Origin: an uncultured Clostridia bacterium
GTDB taxonomy: Bacteria > Bacillota > Clostridia > Christensenellales > CAG-314
Direction of reading: 5' to 3'
Assembly (NCBI GenBank): GCA_947623225.1
Contig: CANQGO010000006.1
Span: 1,732 to 65,731 of the forward strand
DNA: 64,000 bases
Shown here: positions 38,503-46,092 of the stretch, piece by piece
How the letters are laid out: the number at the start of each line of letters is the position of its first letter
Numbering within the stretch: the stretch's first letter is position 1
Notes under the pieces: model-generated
Database searches by the model: none
What the model was told of the DNA's origin: nothing
The model's input: only the letters and a program-made list of their open reading frames with translations
Program-made: the position numbers and the translations under genes

Positions 38503-38561
38503 AAAAGCGTCGGAATATTGCCGACGCTCTACTCTTTGCATGGCAGGGGAGACGCGATTCG
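38503..38561 (-). repeat. 59-nt duplicate of the tRNA-Trp 3' end plus its terminator
   Basis: By eye it is identical to 38689-38747: AAAAGCGTCGGAATATTGCCGACGCTCTACTCTTTGCATGGCAGGGGAGACGCGATTCG. Confidence 0.9.
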
Positions 38562-38685
38562 TAAGGAGTGCGCAAGTCGGTTGTCGTGAATGAAACTTAT
38601 TGCACGACGGAATAGGGATCGCTGCGCTTTGCGCCGATCCCGTCACACGCCAACCGAGGTTGCGGGTTTGAATCGCGTCATGCAT

Positions 38686-38714
38686 TAAAAAAGCGTCGGA
38701 ATATTGCCGACGCT
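38686..38714 (-). terminator. rho-independent terminator downstream of tRNA-Trp
   Basis: On the minus strand, stem AGCGTCGG / CCGACGCT followed by a T-run (the A-run at 38686-38691 on plus). Confidence 0.7.
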
Positions 38715-38726
38715 CTACTCTTTGCA

Positions 38727-38801
38727 TGGCAGGGGAGACGCGATTCGAACACGCAACCGGCGGTTTTGGAGACCGCTGCTCTACCATTGAGCCACTCCCC
38801 T
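38727..38801 (-). tRNA. trnW: tRNA-Trp (anticodon CCA), CCA 3' end encoded
   Basis: The reverse complement reads AGGGGAGTGGCTCAATGGTAGAGCAGCGGTCTCCAAAACCGCCGGTTGCGTGTTCGAATCGCGTCTCCCCTGCCA. It folds as a cloverleaf with a 7-bp acceptor stem, anticodon loop CUCCAAA and T-loop TTCGAAT. Confidence 0.9.
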
Positions 38802-38902
38802 AAAAAATTATGTCGCAAAACATTTGCAACTTTGGGTACTTTAATATTATAATGTAAAGGAAATTTTATGTCAATTGATACGGCAAAAATAGTTTGGAAA
38901 TT

Positions 38903-39367
38903 ATGAAGAAAGTTACAATTTACACGGATGGAGCCTGCTCGGGCAATCCCGGTATCGGCGGATGGGCGGCGGTACTCCTCTACAACAGTGCCAAAAAAGA
39001 AATAAGCGGCTACGACAAAAGCACCACTAACAACAGAATGGAACTATTCGCTGTCATACAGGGGCTGAGATGCCTGAATCAACGCTGCGAGGTGGAGATA
39101 TGCACGGATTCGCAATATATCGCCGACGCCTTCAATAAGGGCTGGATCGCTGCTTGGCAAACCGCCGGCTGGAAGACCGCGTCAAAGAGCGAAGTGAAAA
39201 ATCAAGACCTATGGAAGGCACTCATATACGAAGTGAACAAGCACAATGTCCAATTCGTCAAGGTCAAGGGACATGCGGACGTGGAATGGAATGAACGCTG
39301 CGACGAATTGGCGCGCAGTGAAATAGAACGTTATCGTAAATTAACAGACGGCGCGGGTGAAAATTAG
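38903..39367 (+). CDS. rnhA: ribonuclease HI
   Basis: MKKVTIYTDGACSGNPGIGGW start, with a conserved DEDD-type RNase H fold (NNRMEL, TDSQY, GHADVEWNERCDELA). The ORF track starts at TTG 38894. Confidence 0.9.
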   Translation: MKKVTIYTDGACSGNPGIGGWAAVLLYNSAKKEISGYDKSTTNNRMELFAVIQGLRCLNQRCEVEICTDSQYIADAFNKGWIAAWQTAGWKTASKSEVKNQDLWKALIYEVNKHNVQFVKVKGHADVEWNERCDELARSEIERYRKLTDGAGEN

Positions 39368-39379
39368 CGGAAATATTAA

Positions 39380-39409
39380 AAGGGAGCAGGATATGAGACC
39401 TGCTCCCTT
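39380..39409. terminator. bidirectional terminator hairpin between rnhA and rny
   Basis: AAGGGAGCAGG-atatgaga-CCTGCTCCCTT, lying between convergent genes. Confidence 0.6.
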
Positions 39410-39431
39410 TGATCTTACTCGATAACCGTCA

Positions 39432-41042
39432 TCACTTGGCGTAGTCCACGCTACGCGTCTCGCGGATGACATTCACTTTGATCTGTCCGGGATATTCCAA
39501 CTCGCTCTCTATGCGGCGAGCGATATCGTTGGCAAGCAATACGGTGGATTCGTCATTGACCTCTTCAGGCTTGACGATGATACGGATCTCGCGTCCTGCC
39601 TGTACAGCATAGGATTTCTGTACGCCCTTGAAGGAATTGGCTATCTCCTCCAGTTTTTCCAGACGCTTGACGTAGTTTTCCAACGACTCTCTTCTTGCTC
39701 CGGGACGTGCACCGCTGACCGCGTCTGCAGCCGCCACTATGACCGCCTCCACCGTCATCGGCTCGACATCGCCGTGATGGGAAGCAATACAGTTGACAAC
39801 TTCCTTGCTCTCCTTGTACTTCTTGGCAAGGTCGGCACCGATCTGCATGTGCGTACCCTCTATCTCCTGGTCCACTGCCTTGCCGATATCGTGCAGCAAT
39901 GCGCCTCTCTTGGCAAGAGCCACGTCCAGTCCAAGCTCGGACGCCATGATCCCGGCTATATAGCTTACTTCTATAGAGTGACGAAGTACGTTCTGACCGT
40001 AACTGGTGCGGAACTTCAATCTACCCAGCAACTTGATCAATTCCGGATGCAGACCGAATACGCCCGTGTCGAAGGACGCCGCTTCGCCTTCGTCCTTGAT
40101 GGTGATCTCCATGTCGCGCTTGACCTTCTCCACCATCTCCTCGATACGTGCCGGGTGGATACGTCCGTCGGAGATCAGCTTCTCTATCGTGATACGCGCT
40201 ATCTGTCTGCGTACCGGGTCGAATCCCGAAAGAATGACCACCTCGGGAGTGTCATCGATGATCAACTCTACGCCTGTGGCGTTCTCGATGGCACGAATGT
40301 TTCTGCCCTCGCGGCCAATGAGCCGTCCCTTCATCTCGTCATTGGGAAGGGGTACCGTAGTGACAGTCATCTCGCTGACTTGGTCGCTTGCGCAACGCTG
40401 TATGGCGGTAGCGATGATCTCACGCGCTTTTTGCTCGCCGTTTTGCTTGGCTTCCGCCTCTATCTTGCGTACAAGTCCCGCAGCATCTCTGCGAGCATCC
40501 GAGACCATACCGTCGATAAGCAACTGCTTGGCTTCGTCCTTGGTAAGTCCTGCAACGCGCTCCAACTCTTGCTGGATCTTCTCTTCGGACTTGTCCAACT
40601 CCTGCGCACGCTTGTTCAACTCGCCCTGCTGGGAGATAAGTTGCTTTTGCTGAACGTCTATCTGGTCGAGTTTCTTGAGAAGCATCTCTTCTTTCTTGTC
40701 CAATGCTTCCTCTTTCTGACTCATACGGTTCTCTTGCTTGGCAAGTTCGCCGCTGCGTTCCCTTATCTGACGTTCTGCTTCGTTTTTCTGTCTCTGAGTT
40801 TCTTCTCTTGCCTCTCTGATGGCATCATTTTTCAACGATTTGGCTTCTTCGCGAGCAAAATCCAGTATCGAATCTGCCTGCTCCTGAGTGGAGCCGATCT
40901 TACGATTTCTATATCTTCTATATATGCAGATCCCTGCGCCCACACCTGCTCCTGCGAACAAGATCGCAACTACGGGCAACAAGATCCAGATCCAAGAAGG
41001 AATAGTACTTTCGGCAAGGAAGAATGTTAGCAATGATTGCAT
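39432..41042 (-). CDS. rny: ribonuclease Y
   Basis: N-terminal TM, coiled coil, KH domain and HD domain (HDIGK, SHHGD). I prefer the MQSLLTFF start at 41042, which has a GGAGGA SD; the ORF track extends to 41087. Confidence 0.95.
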   Translation of the reverse strand: MQSLLTFFLAESTIPSWIWILLPVVAILFAGAGVGAGICIYRRYRNRKIGSTQEQADSILDFAREEAKSLKNDAIREAREETQRQKNEAERQIRERSGELAKQENRMSQKEEALDKKEEMLLKKLDQIDVQQKQLISQQGELNKRAQELDKSEEKIQQELERVAGLTKDEAKQLLIDGMVSDARRDAAGLVRKIEAEAKQNGEQKAREIIATAIQRCASDQVSEMTVTTVPLPNDEMKGRLIGREGRNIRAIENATGVELIIDDTPEVVILSGFDPVRRQIARITIEKLISDGRIHPARIEEMVEKVKRDMEITIKDEGEAASFDTGVFGLHPELIKLLGRLKFRTSYGQNVLRHSIEVSYIAGIMASELGLDVALAKRGALLHDIGKAVDQEIEGTHMQIGADLAKKYKESKEVVNCIASHHGDVEPMTVEAVIVAAADAVSGARPGARRESLENYVKRLEKLEEIANSFKGVQKSYAVQAGREIRIIVKPEEVNDESTVLLANDIARRIESELEYPGQIKVNVIRETRSVDYAK

Positions 41043-41095
41043 AATTGATTCCTCCTGAAATTTCATTGCGATAGTACATACTATCACTAAATAAT

Positions 41096-41124
41096 ATTTT
41101 AACCATTTTATGCCAATATGTCAA
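41096..41124 (-). promoter_or_regulatory. sigma-A type promoter for rny (TTGACA-17-TAAAAT on minus strand)
   Basis: Consensus -35 with a 17-nt spacer, about 50 nt upstream of the rny ATG. Confidence 0.55.
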
Positions 41125-41174
41125 GATATAAATAAATATTTATTATAAAACATCAGAACTCTATAAAATACAAT

Positions 41175-41252
41175 AAAAAAGACGCGCCGACGGTACTTAA
41201 ACCGCAACAGGGATCGGCTGATAGCCTGCGCCCACTTCGCAACGCATCTTCA
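41175..41252 (-). ncRNA. candidate ~80-nt structured small RNA or leader (unclassified)
   Basis: It has its own promoter (TTGACT-16-TGaTATACT, 41259-41286 on minus). The 5' GAAGAUGCG pairs with the 3' CGCGUCUUU, followed by a U6 run. Three internal hairpins are possible. A separate rny promoter lies downstream. Confidence 0.3.
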
Positions 41253-41258
41253 GTCGAT

Positions 41259-41286
41259 AGTATATCATAAAATAAACAAAAGTCAA
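41259..41286 (-). promoter_or_regulatory. promoter with extended -10 (TTGACT-16-TGaTATACT, minus strand)
   Basis: Hexamers read on the minus strand, immediately upstream of the candidate small RNA. Confidence 0.45.
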
Positions 41287-41868
41287 CAAGAATGTCTCTA
41301 TCTCCCATATACAAATCTACTTTCAACGCCGATAAATCGTATTTTCAACGGATATTTATATGCCAACAGCATAAAATCTTGTTTACAATAGCGGAAATAG
41401 AATCATTATAGAATACTATGTCAGACGTACTATTATAATTATAATACTTTTACCTGCTTTGCTCCAACAACACCGTATTTTCTGGAAAACCATTGTTTTC
41501 TAGTAAATTGTTCCGTATATATCATACTGCAGACATTTTTGAAGACAGACTTCGAATATTGGAGTTGATCGATCTGGAGTAGCAAGATATTATACACAGC
41601 GGTATCTAACACATTCGCAGTTCGACGCACACACATGCAAATAAATAGATAATTCCGACCCAAAAACAACCGCATCGTTAAAATATTTCATAGCAGAACT
41701 GCCATAGTCACGCGGACATAGCGCGATACCGGAAGAACATAAACAAACCGCCCTTGCCCGGCAAGTTTACGCGCTGTTGCTATCAGCAGCAGCTCAAGCA
41801 ATTGCACCACAAGGTTTCTTTGTTCATAGTTAAACCGCCTGGACACTACAAGCATTGCTGGCTTGCGA

Positions 41869-41900
41869 TAAAAAAGAGCAGAAAACGCACTTCTGCTCTT
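41869..41900 (-). terminator. rho-independent terminator after recA
   Basis: On the minus strand, AAGAGCAGAA-gtgcgtt-TTCTGCTCTT followed by TTTTT. Confidence 0.75.
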
Positions 41901-41933
41901 GTGATAATCATATATCAGGCTGATGAGTTTGTT

Positions 41934-42953
41934 TTACTCCGCCGGGTCCTCGGACTCTGTAGGAACGGGATTGAGTTTTGCTTTGATCTTATCGGAAAGA
42001 AGATCCATCACCTCTGGGTGTTCTTCGAGATACTTCTTGGCGTTTTCGCGTCCCTGACCGATACGTTCGCCGTTGTAACTGAACCAGGAACCGCTCTTTT
42101 CTATAAATCCGTTTGCCACTGCCATATCCAGCACGCAGCCGGAGTTGGAGATGCCCTTACCGAAGATGATCTCGAATTCCGCTGTCTTGAAGGGCGGAGC
42201 GACCTTGTTTTTTACTACCTTGACGCGAGTCTTGCTACCCACTATCTCAGTACCATCCTTGACTTGGTCCACTTTGCGCACGTCGAGGCGCACGCTGGAA
42301 TAGAACTTCAATGCCTTGCCGCCAGTCGTGGTCTCGGGATTGCCGAACATGACGCCGATCTTGTCGCGCAATTGGTTGATGAAGATAATGCATGTATTGG
42401 ACTTGTTGCCCACGGCTACGATCTTGCGCAAAGCCTGGGACATAAGTCTTGCCTGTACGCCCATATGGCTGTCGCCCATCTCGCCTTCCAATTCTGCGCG
42501 AGGGGTCAACGCGGCAACGGAGTCCACTACCACCAGGTCTATGGCGTTGCTGCGCACAAGGTAATCGAGTATTTCCAATGCCTGCTCGCCGTTGTCCGGT
42601 TGAGAAATGTACAATTCGTCGAGGTTGATACCCAGATTGGATGCATACACGGGATCGAGTGCCTGCTCTGCGTCTATGAACGCGGCAGTTCCGCCCATCT
42701 TCTGCACTTGCGCTATCACGTGCAGCGTGACGGTGGTCTTACCCGAAGCCTCCGGTCCGTATATCTCTATGATACGTCCCTTCGGCAGTCCGCCCACGCC
42801 GAGTGCCACGTCCAGCGGCAAGCAGCCTGTAGGAATGACCTCTATATTGCGAGTGGCGGCATAACTGCCCAATTTCATTATGGATCCCTTGCCGAATTCT
42901 TTCTCGATCTGAAGGATAGTTTGCTCTAATGCTTTTTTCTTATCGTCAGTCAT
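41934..42953 (-). CDS. recA: recombinase RecA
   Basis: 339 aa with Walker [10 protein letters not shown] and canonical RecA sequence throughout. Confidence 0.97.
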   Translation of the reverse strand: MTDDKKKALEQTILQIEKEFGKGSIMKLGSYAATRNIEVIPTGCLPLDVALGVGGLPKGRIIEIYGPEASGKTTVTLHVIAQVQKMGGTAAFIDAEQALDPVYASNLGINLDELYISQPDNGEQALEILDYLVRSNAIDLVVVDSVAALTPRAELEGEMGDSHMGVQARLMSQALRKIVAVGNKSNTCIIFINQLRDKIGVMFGNPETTTGGKALKFYSSVRLDVRKVDQVKDGTEIVGSKTRVKVVKNKVAPPFKTAEFEIIFGKGISNSGCVLDMAVANGFIEKSGSWFSYNGERIGQGRENAKKYLEEHPEVMDLLSDKIKAKLNPVPTESEDPAE

Positions 42954-42983
42954 AGTGATTCTCCTTTATAATATGCAATTTAT

Positions 42984-44144
42984 TTACTTGGTGAGGGTCC
43001 TGAGCACGAGATAAAGTGCCATATTGGTCGCCTGAGCGCGGATATTGTTCCTGCTGCCCGAGAATATATTTCTGTATACCGATACACCGTTTTCGGTGGC
43101 TATGCCTATATAGCAAAGTCCTACAGGCATGTTGTCTGTGGCTGTGGGACCGGCATAGCCTGTGACAGATACCGCGACGTCCGTGCCGTTCTTGATGAGA
43201 CCGCGCGCCATCTTCTCCGCCACCTGCTGTGATACCACGCCGTGCTCGTCTATAAAGTGCGGATTTAGCCCGAGTCGTGCGCACTTGGACGGAACGGAAT
43301 AGGTGACTACTCCCTCGTACAGAACGCTGCTCGCACCCTCTATATCCACAATTGTAGACGCGATCAGTCCGCCCGTCATGGATTCTGCCGTAGAGAGCCG
43401 CTTGCCGAACTTCTTCATCAGATCCACTACCGCGCGAGCCAGGCTGCAGTCGGAGTTGGCATACAGAAAACTGCCGAACAGCTCCTTCACCTTTCTGTCC
43501 GTCTCGGCGACTGCACTCTTGCTGCACTTGGGCGGGAATGTGAGAATGATCTTTGTGTCCAGATTGATTGTTTCACACTTTCGTGAAACATACTTGCCCA
43601 ACTGCTCGAGTTTATCGCTCACCGCGCCTGCGCTCAGTCCGAATACCTTATATACAAGGCGCAGAACGCCGTCGGTATTCTTGAATAAGTCGGTATATAT
43701 GTAGTTCTCGTACGAAACGGAACACTCGCGAAGTTCGTCCGGCACCATATATACATGCGTTTTCTTGTACTCGCCGTAGCAGGTGCATTGGCAGCCATAC
43801 GAGCAGGCGTAGTGATTGAATGTCTCGGGAGCGATACATAACTTGTCCATTGCGTGCTGAGCGGGCAATGTGAGATTGGAAAGTTTGCAATATTCTTTCA
43901 CATTGCGCTCGGCGAACTTGTCGTAAAACATCGACAGCCCGAATGTCTCGGCGAACAGCGCGCTCATATCGCCTACCGTGCCCAGCATGATGAGGGCGTC
44001 GCAACCTATGCTGCCGCGCAGGTATTCCTCCGACGAATCATGGCTTTTGGATATAAACAGGTCGTATTCCACTATCTCGCCGTTCAACTTGTCGCACAGA
44101 TACTCCAGCGCACGGCTTTGCTCTCTTGCTAAAATCTTGATCAT
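42984..44144 (-). CDS. cinA: CinA family protein (competence/damage-inducible; PncC-type C-terminal domain)
   Basis: 386 aa. The C-terminal region is LSTAESMTGGLIAS...SVTGYAGP, typical of nicotinamide-nucleotide amidohydrolase. It sits upstream of recA as in Firmicutes. Confidence 0.85.
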   Translation of the reverse strand: MIKILAREQSRALEYLCDKLNGEIVEYDLFISKSHDSSEEYLRGSIGCDALIMLGTVGDMSALFAETFGLSMFYDKFAERNVKEYCKLSNLTLPAQHAMDKLCIAPETFNHYACSYGCQCTCYGEYKKTHVYMVPDELRECSVSYENYIYTDLFKNTDGVLRLVYKVFGLSAGAVSDKLEQLGKYVSRKCETINLDTKIILTFPPKCSKSAVAETDRKVKELFGSFLYANSDCSLARAVVDLMKKFGKRLSTAESMTGGLIASTIVDIEGASSVLYEGVVTYSVPSKCARLGLNPHFIDEHGVVSQQVAEKMARGLIKNGTDVAVSVTGYAGPTATDNMPVGLCYIGIATENGVSVYRNIFSGSRNNIRAQATNMALYLVLRTLTK

Positions 44145-44770
44145 CTGACTTCAAAAACCTTTTTGTTCTGCACCAGATAGATGATGCAGGACAGAATAGT
44201 GAGTATAACGGCTATCCCAAACAAAATAACGCCCAGCCATCTGCCTGCCATATACAACGCCTTGTACTCGGAGATGACTGTGATTGGGTCTACCGCGTTG
44301 ACCGCGTTCAGCAGTATCAGAACAGGTAAAGAGATATCCTGAAATACCGTCTTGATCTTGCCGTACATATTTGCCTGCACGACCACGCCCTTGGACGCGG
44401 CTATCTGACGCATGGCACTGATAAGCAATTCCCGGGCTATAATGACTATACCGCCGACGGCGAGTATGATCCTGCCCCATACGGACCAGTTGAAGGATCC
44501 GGTATTCACGGACAGCGGATCTGTAGCCACTATGCAGAACAACGCCGCGCATACGAGAATTTTGTCCGCGATGGGGTCCAGCAACTTGCCCAGGTCGGTG
44601 ACCATATTGTATTTGCGCGCTATATGACCGTCCAGAAAATCGGTAAATGCCGCCAATACAAACAGTCCGACGGCGATGGGTGCGCACCACCAATATGGCA
44701 GGAAATACGCCACGATAAACAGCGGCACCATACATATTCTCAACGTGGAAAGTTTGTTGGGTAAGTTCAT
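44141..44770 (-). CDS. pgsA: CDP-diacylglycerol--glycerol-3-phosphate 3-phosphatidyltransferase
   Basis: 209-aa membrane protein with the CDP-alcohol phosphatidyltransferase motif DFLDGHIARKYNMVTDLGKLLDPIADK. Confidence 0.9.
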   Translation of the reverse strand: MNLPNKLSTLRICMVPLFIVAYFLPYWWCAPIAVGLFVLAAFTDFLDGHIARKYNMVTDLGKLLDPIADKILVCAALFCIVATDPLSVNTGSFNWSVWGRIILAVGGIVIIARELLISAMRQIAASKGVVVQANMYGKIKTVFQDISLPVLILLNAVNAVDPITVISEYKALYMAGRWLGVILFGIAVILTILSCIIYLVQNKKVFEVR

Positions 44771-46092
44771 AATATTGCCTCTCCGCTAAGGTCGTACTCC
44801 TGCGCACCGTCTATGCGCACGTCGCAAAAACTGCCTACCGACAATGCCTCTCTCGAAGAAATGTACACATTGCCGTCTATCTCGGGCGTCATGAAGTACG
44901 TCCTGCCTCTATAGAAATGACATTCGCCGTCGCTGCCTTCGTATTCGTCCACGATACAGCGATATACTCTGCCTATATCTTCACGATTGAGTTGTGCGGC
45001 GACCTGCCGCTGCGTCTTGTACAACTGTCGGACATAGCGTTTTTTTGTACGCTCCGGCACCTGTGCATCGAAACGCGCCGCGGCAGTGCCCTCTTCTCGG
45101 GAATACGGGAAAAATCCCACATTGCGCAGACGGTATTCCCGCAGAAATTCGTCCAGTTCCTTCAATGTATCCTCTGTCTCTCCCGGGAACCCGCATATAA
45201 AGGTGGAACGCACCGCTATCTGCCTGTCGGCGAGTTTTTTCAAAAGCGAGCGAACGGCTGCACCGTCGGAACGCCTGTTCATCTTCTTTAATATGCCGTC
45301 GTCTATGTGCTGCAGCGGGATATCCACGTAATTGACCACTTTATCGTTGGAAGCGATCTCGTCTATAAGCGCGTCGTCCATCAACTCGGGATAGCAATAC
45401 AGCAATCTTATCCACTCTATCCCCTGTACCGCCGACAATTCATGCACCAATTGCGCCAATCGCGGTTCACCGTACAGGTCCACACCATAACGCGTGGTAT
45501 CCTGCGCCACAAGTATCAATTCCCTGACGCCCTTGTCTGCCAACTCGCGTGCTTGTCCGAGTATCTGTTCTCTCGGTACCGAGCGGTATCTGCCGCGTAT
45601 ATAAGGAATAAGGCAATATGTACAGAAATTGTCACAGCCGTCGGCTATTTTCAAGTAAGCGACATGCGGCTGAGTTGTCAGGATACGCGAACCGAACGTC
45701 AGTCCGTCGGAGCAGGTATTGTACAACTTGCGCGAGCCGCCCAGCGTATCGGAAACGATACGGCATATATCGTCGTATTCGTACGTGCCCACTATGGCGT
45801 CCGCCTCGGTCAGGTCCTTGTACAATTCCTGCCCGAACTTCTGCCCGAGACAGCCCGTCACTATGATCTTTTTGCAGTGCTCGGACTTGTAGTGCGCCAT
45901 CTCCAGCACCGTGTCTATCGCTTCCTTGCGCGCCGATTCCAGAAAGGCACATGTGTTCACTATGATCACGTCGGCAAGGCTCGGGTCGGACACTATCTCG
46001 TATCCGCCGCGAACGAGGTTTGCCAACATGACTTCGGTATCCACACGGTTTTTGTCACAACCGAGCGACACCACTCCTACCTTGACGCTCAT
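44767..46092 (-). CDS. rimO: ribosomal protein S12 methylthiotransferase RimO
   Basis: 441 aa with a UPF0004 domain (LGCDKN), radical-SAM CDNFCTYC and a TRAM domain. Confidence 0.9.
   Translation of the reverse strand: MSVKVGVVSLGCDKNRVDTEVMLANLVRGGYEIVSDPSLADVIIVNTCAFLESARKEAIDTVLEMAHYKSEHCKKIIVTGCLGQKFGQELYKDLTEADAIVGTYEYDDICRIVSDTLGGSRKLYNTCSDGLTFGSRILTTQPHVAYLKIADGCDNFCTYCLIPYIRGRYRSVPREQILGQARELADKGVRELILVAQDTTRYGVDLYGEPRLAQLVHELSAVQGIEWIRLLYCYPELMDDALIDEIASNDKVVNYVDIPLQHIDDGILKKMNRRSDGAAVRSLLKKLADRQIAVRSTFICGFPGETEDTLKELDEFLREYRLRNVGFFPYSREEGTAAARFDAQVPERTKKRYVRQLYKTQRQVAAQLNREDIGRVYRCIVDEYEGSDGECHFYRGRTYFMTPEIDGNVYISSREALSVGSFCDVRIDGAQEYDLSGEAIL

Noticed and set aside
38431-38787. 118-aa minus-strand ORF with an internal repeat NRVSPAMQRVERRQYSDAF
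   Set aside because: The ORF runs through tRNA-Trp and its duplicated 3' end. The peptide repeat is just the translated nucleotide duplication.
41439-41675. 78-aa minus-strand ORF in the recA-rny spacer
   Set aside because: It has no Shine-Dalgarno sequence and an odd Cys/Phe-rich composition in AT-rich DNA. It is more likely non-coding.
41754-42929. 391-aa plus-strand ORF
   Set aside because: It lies entirely antisense to the unmistakable recA gene. It is a shadow ORF typical of moderately GC-rich coding regions and has no SD.
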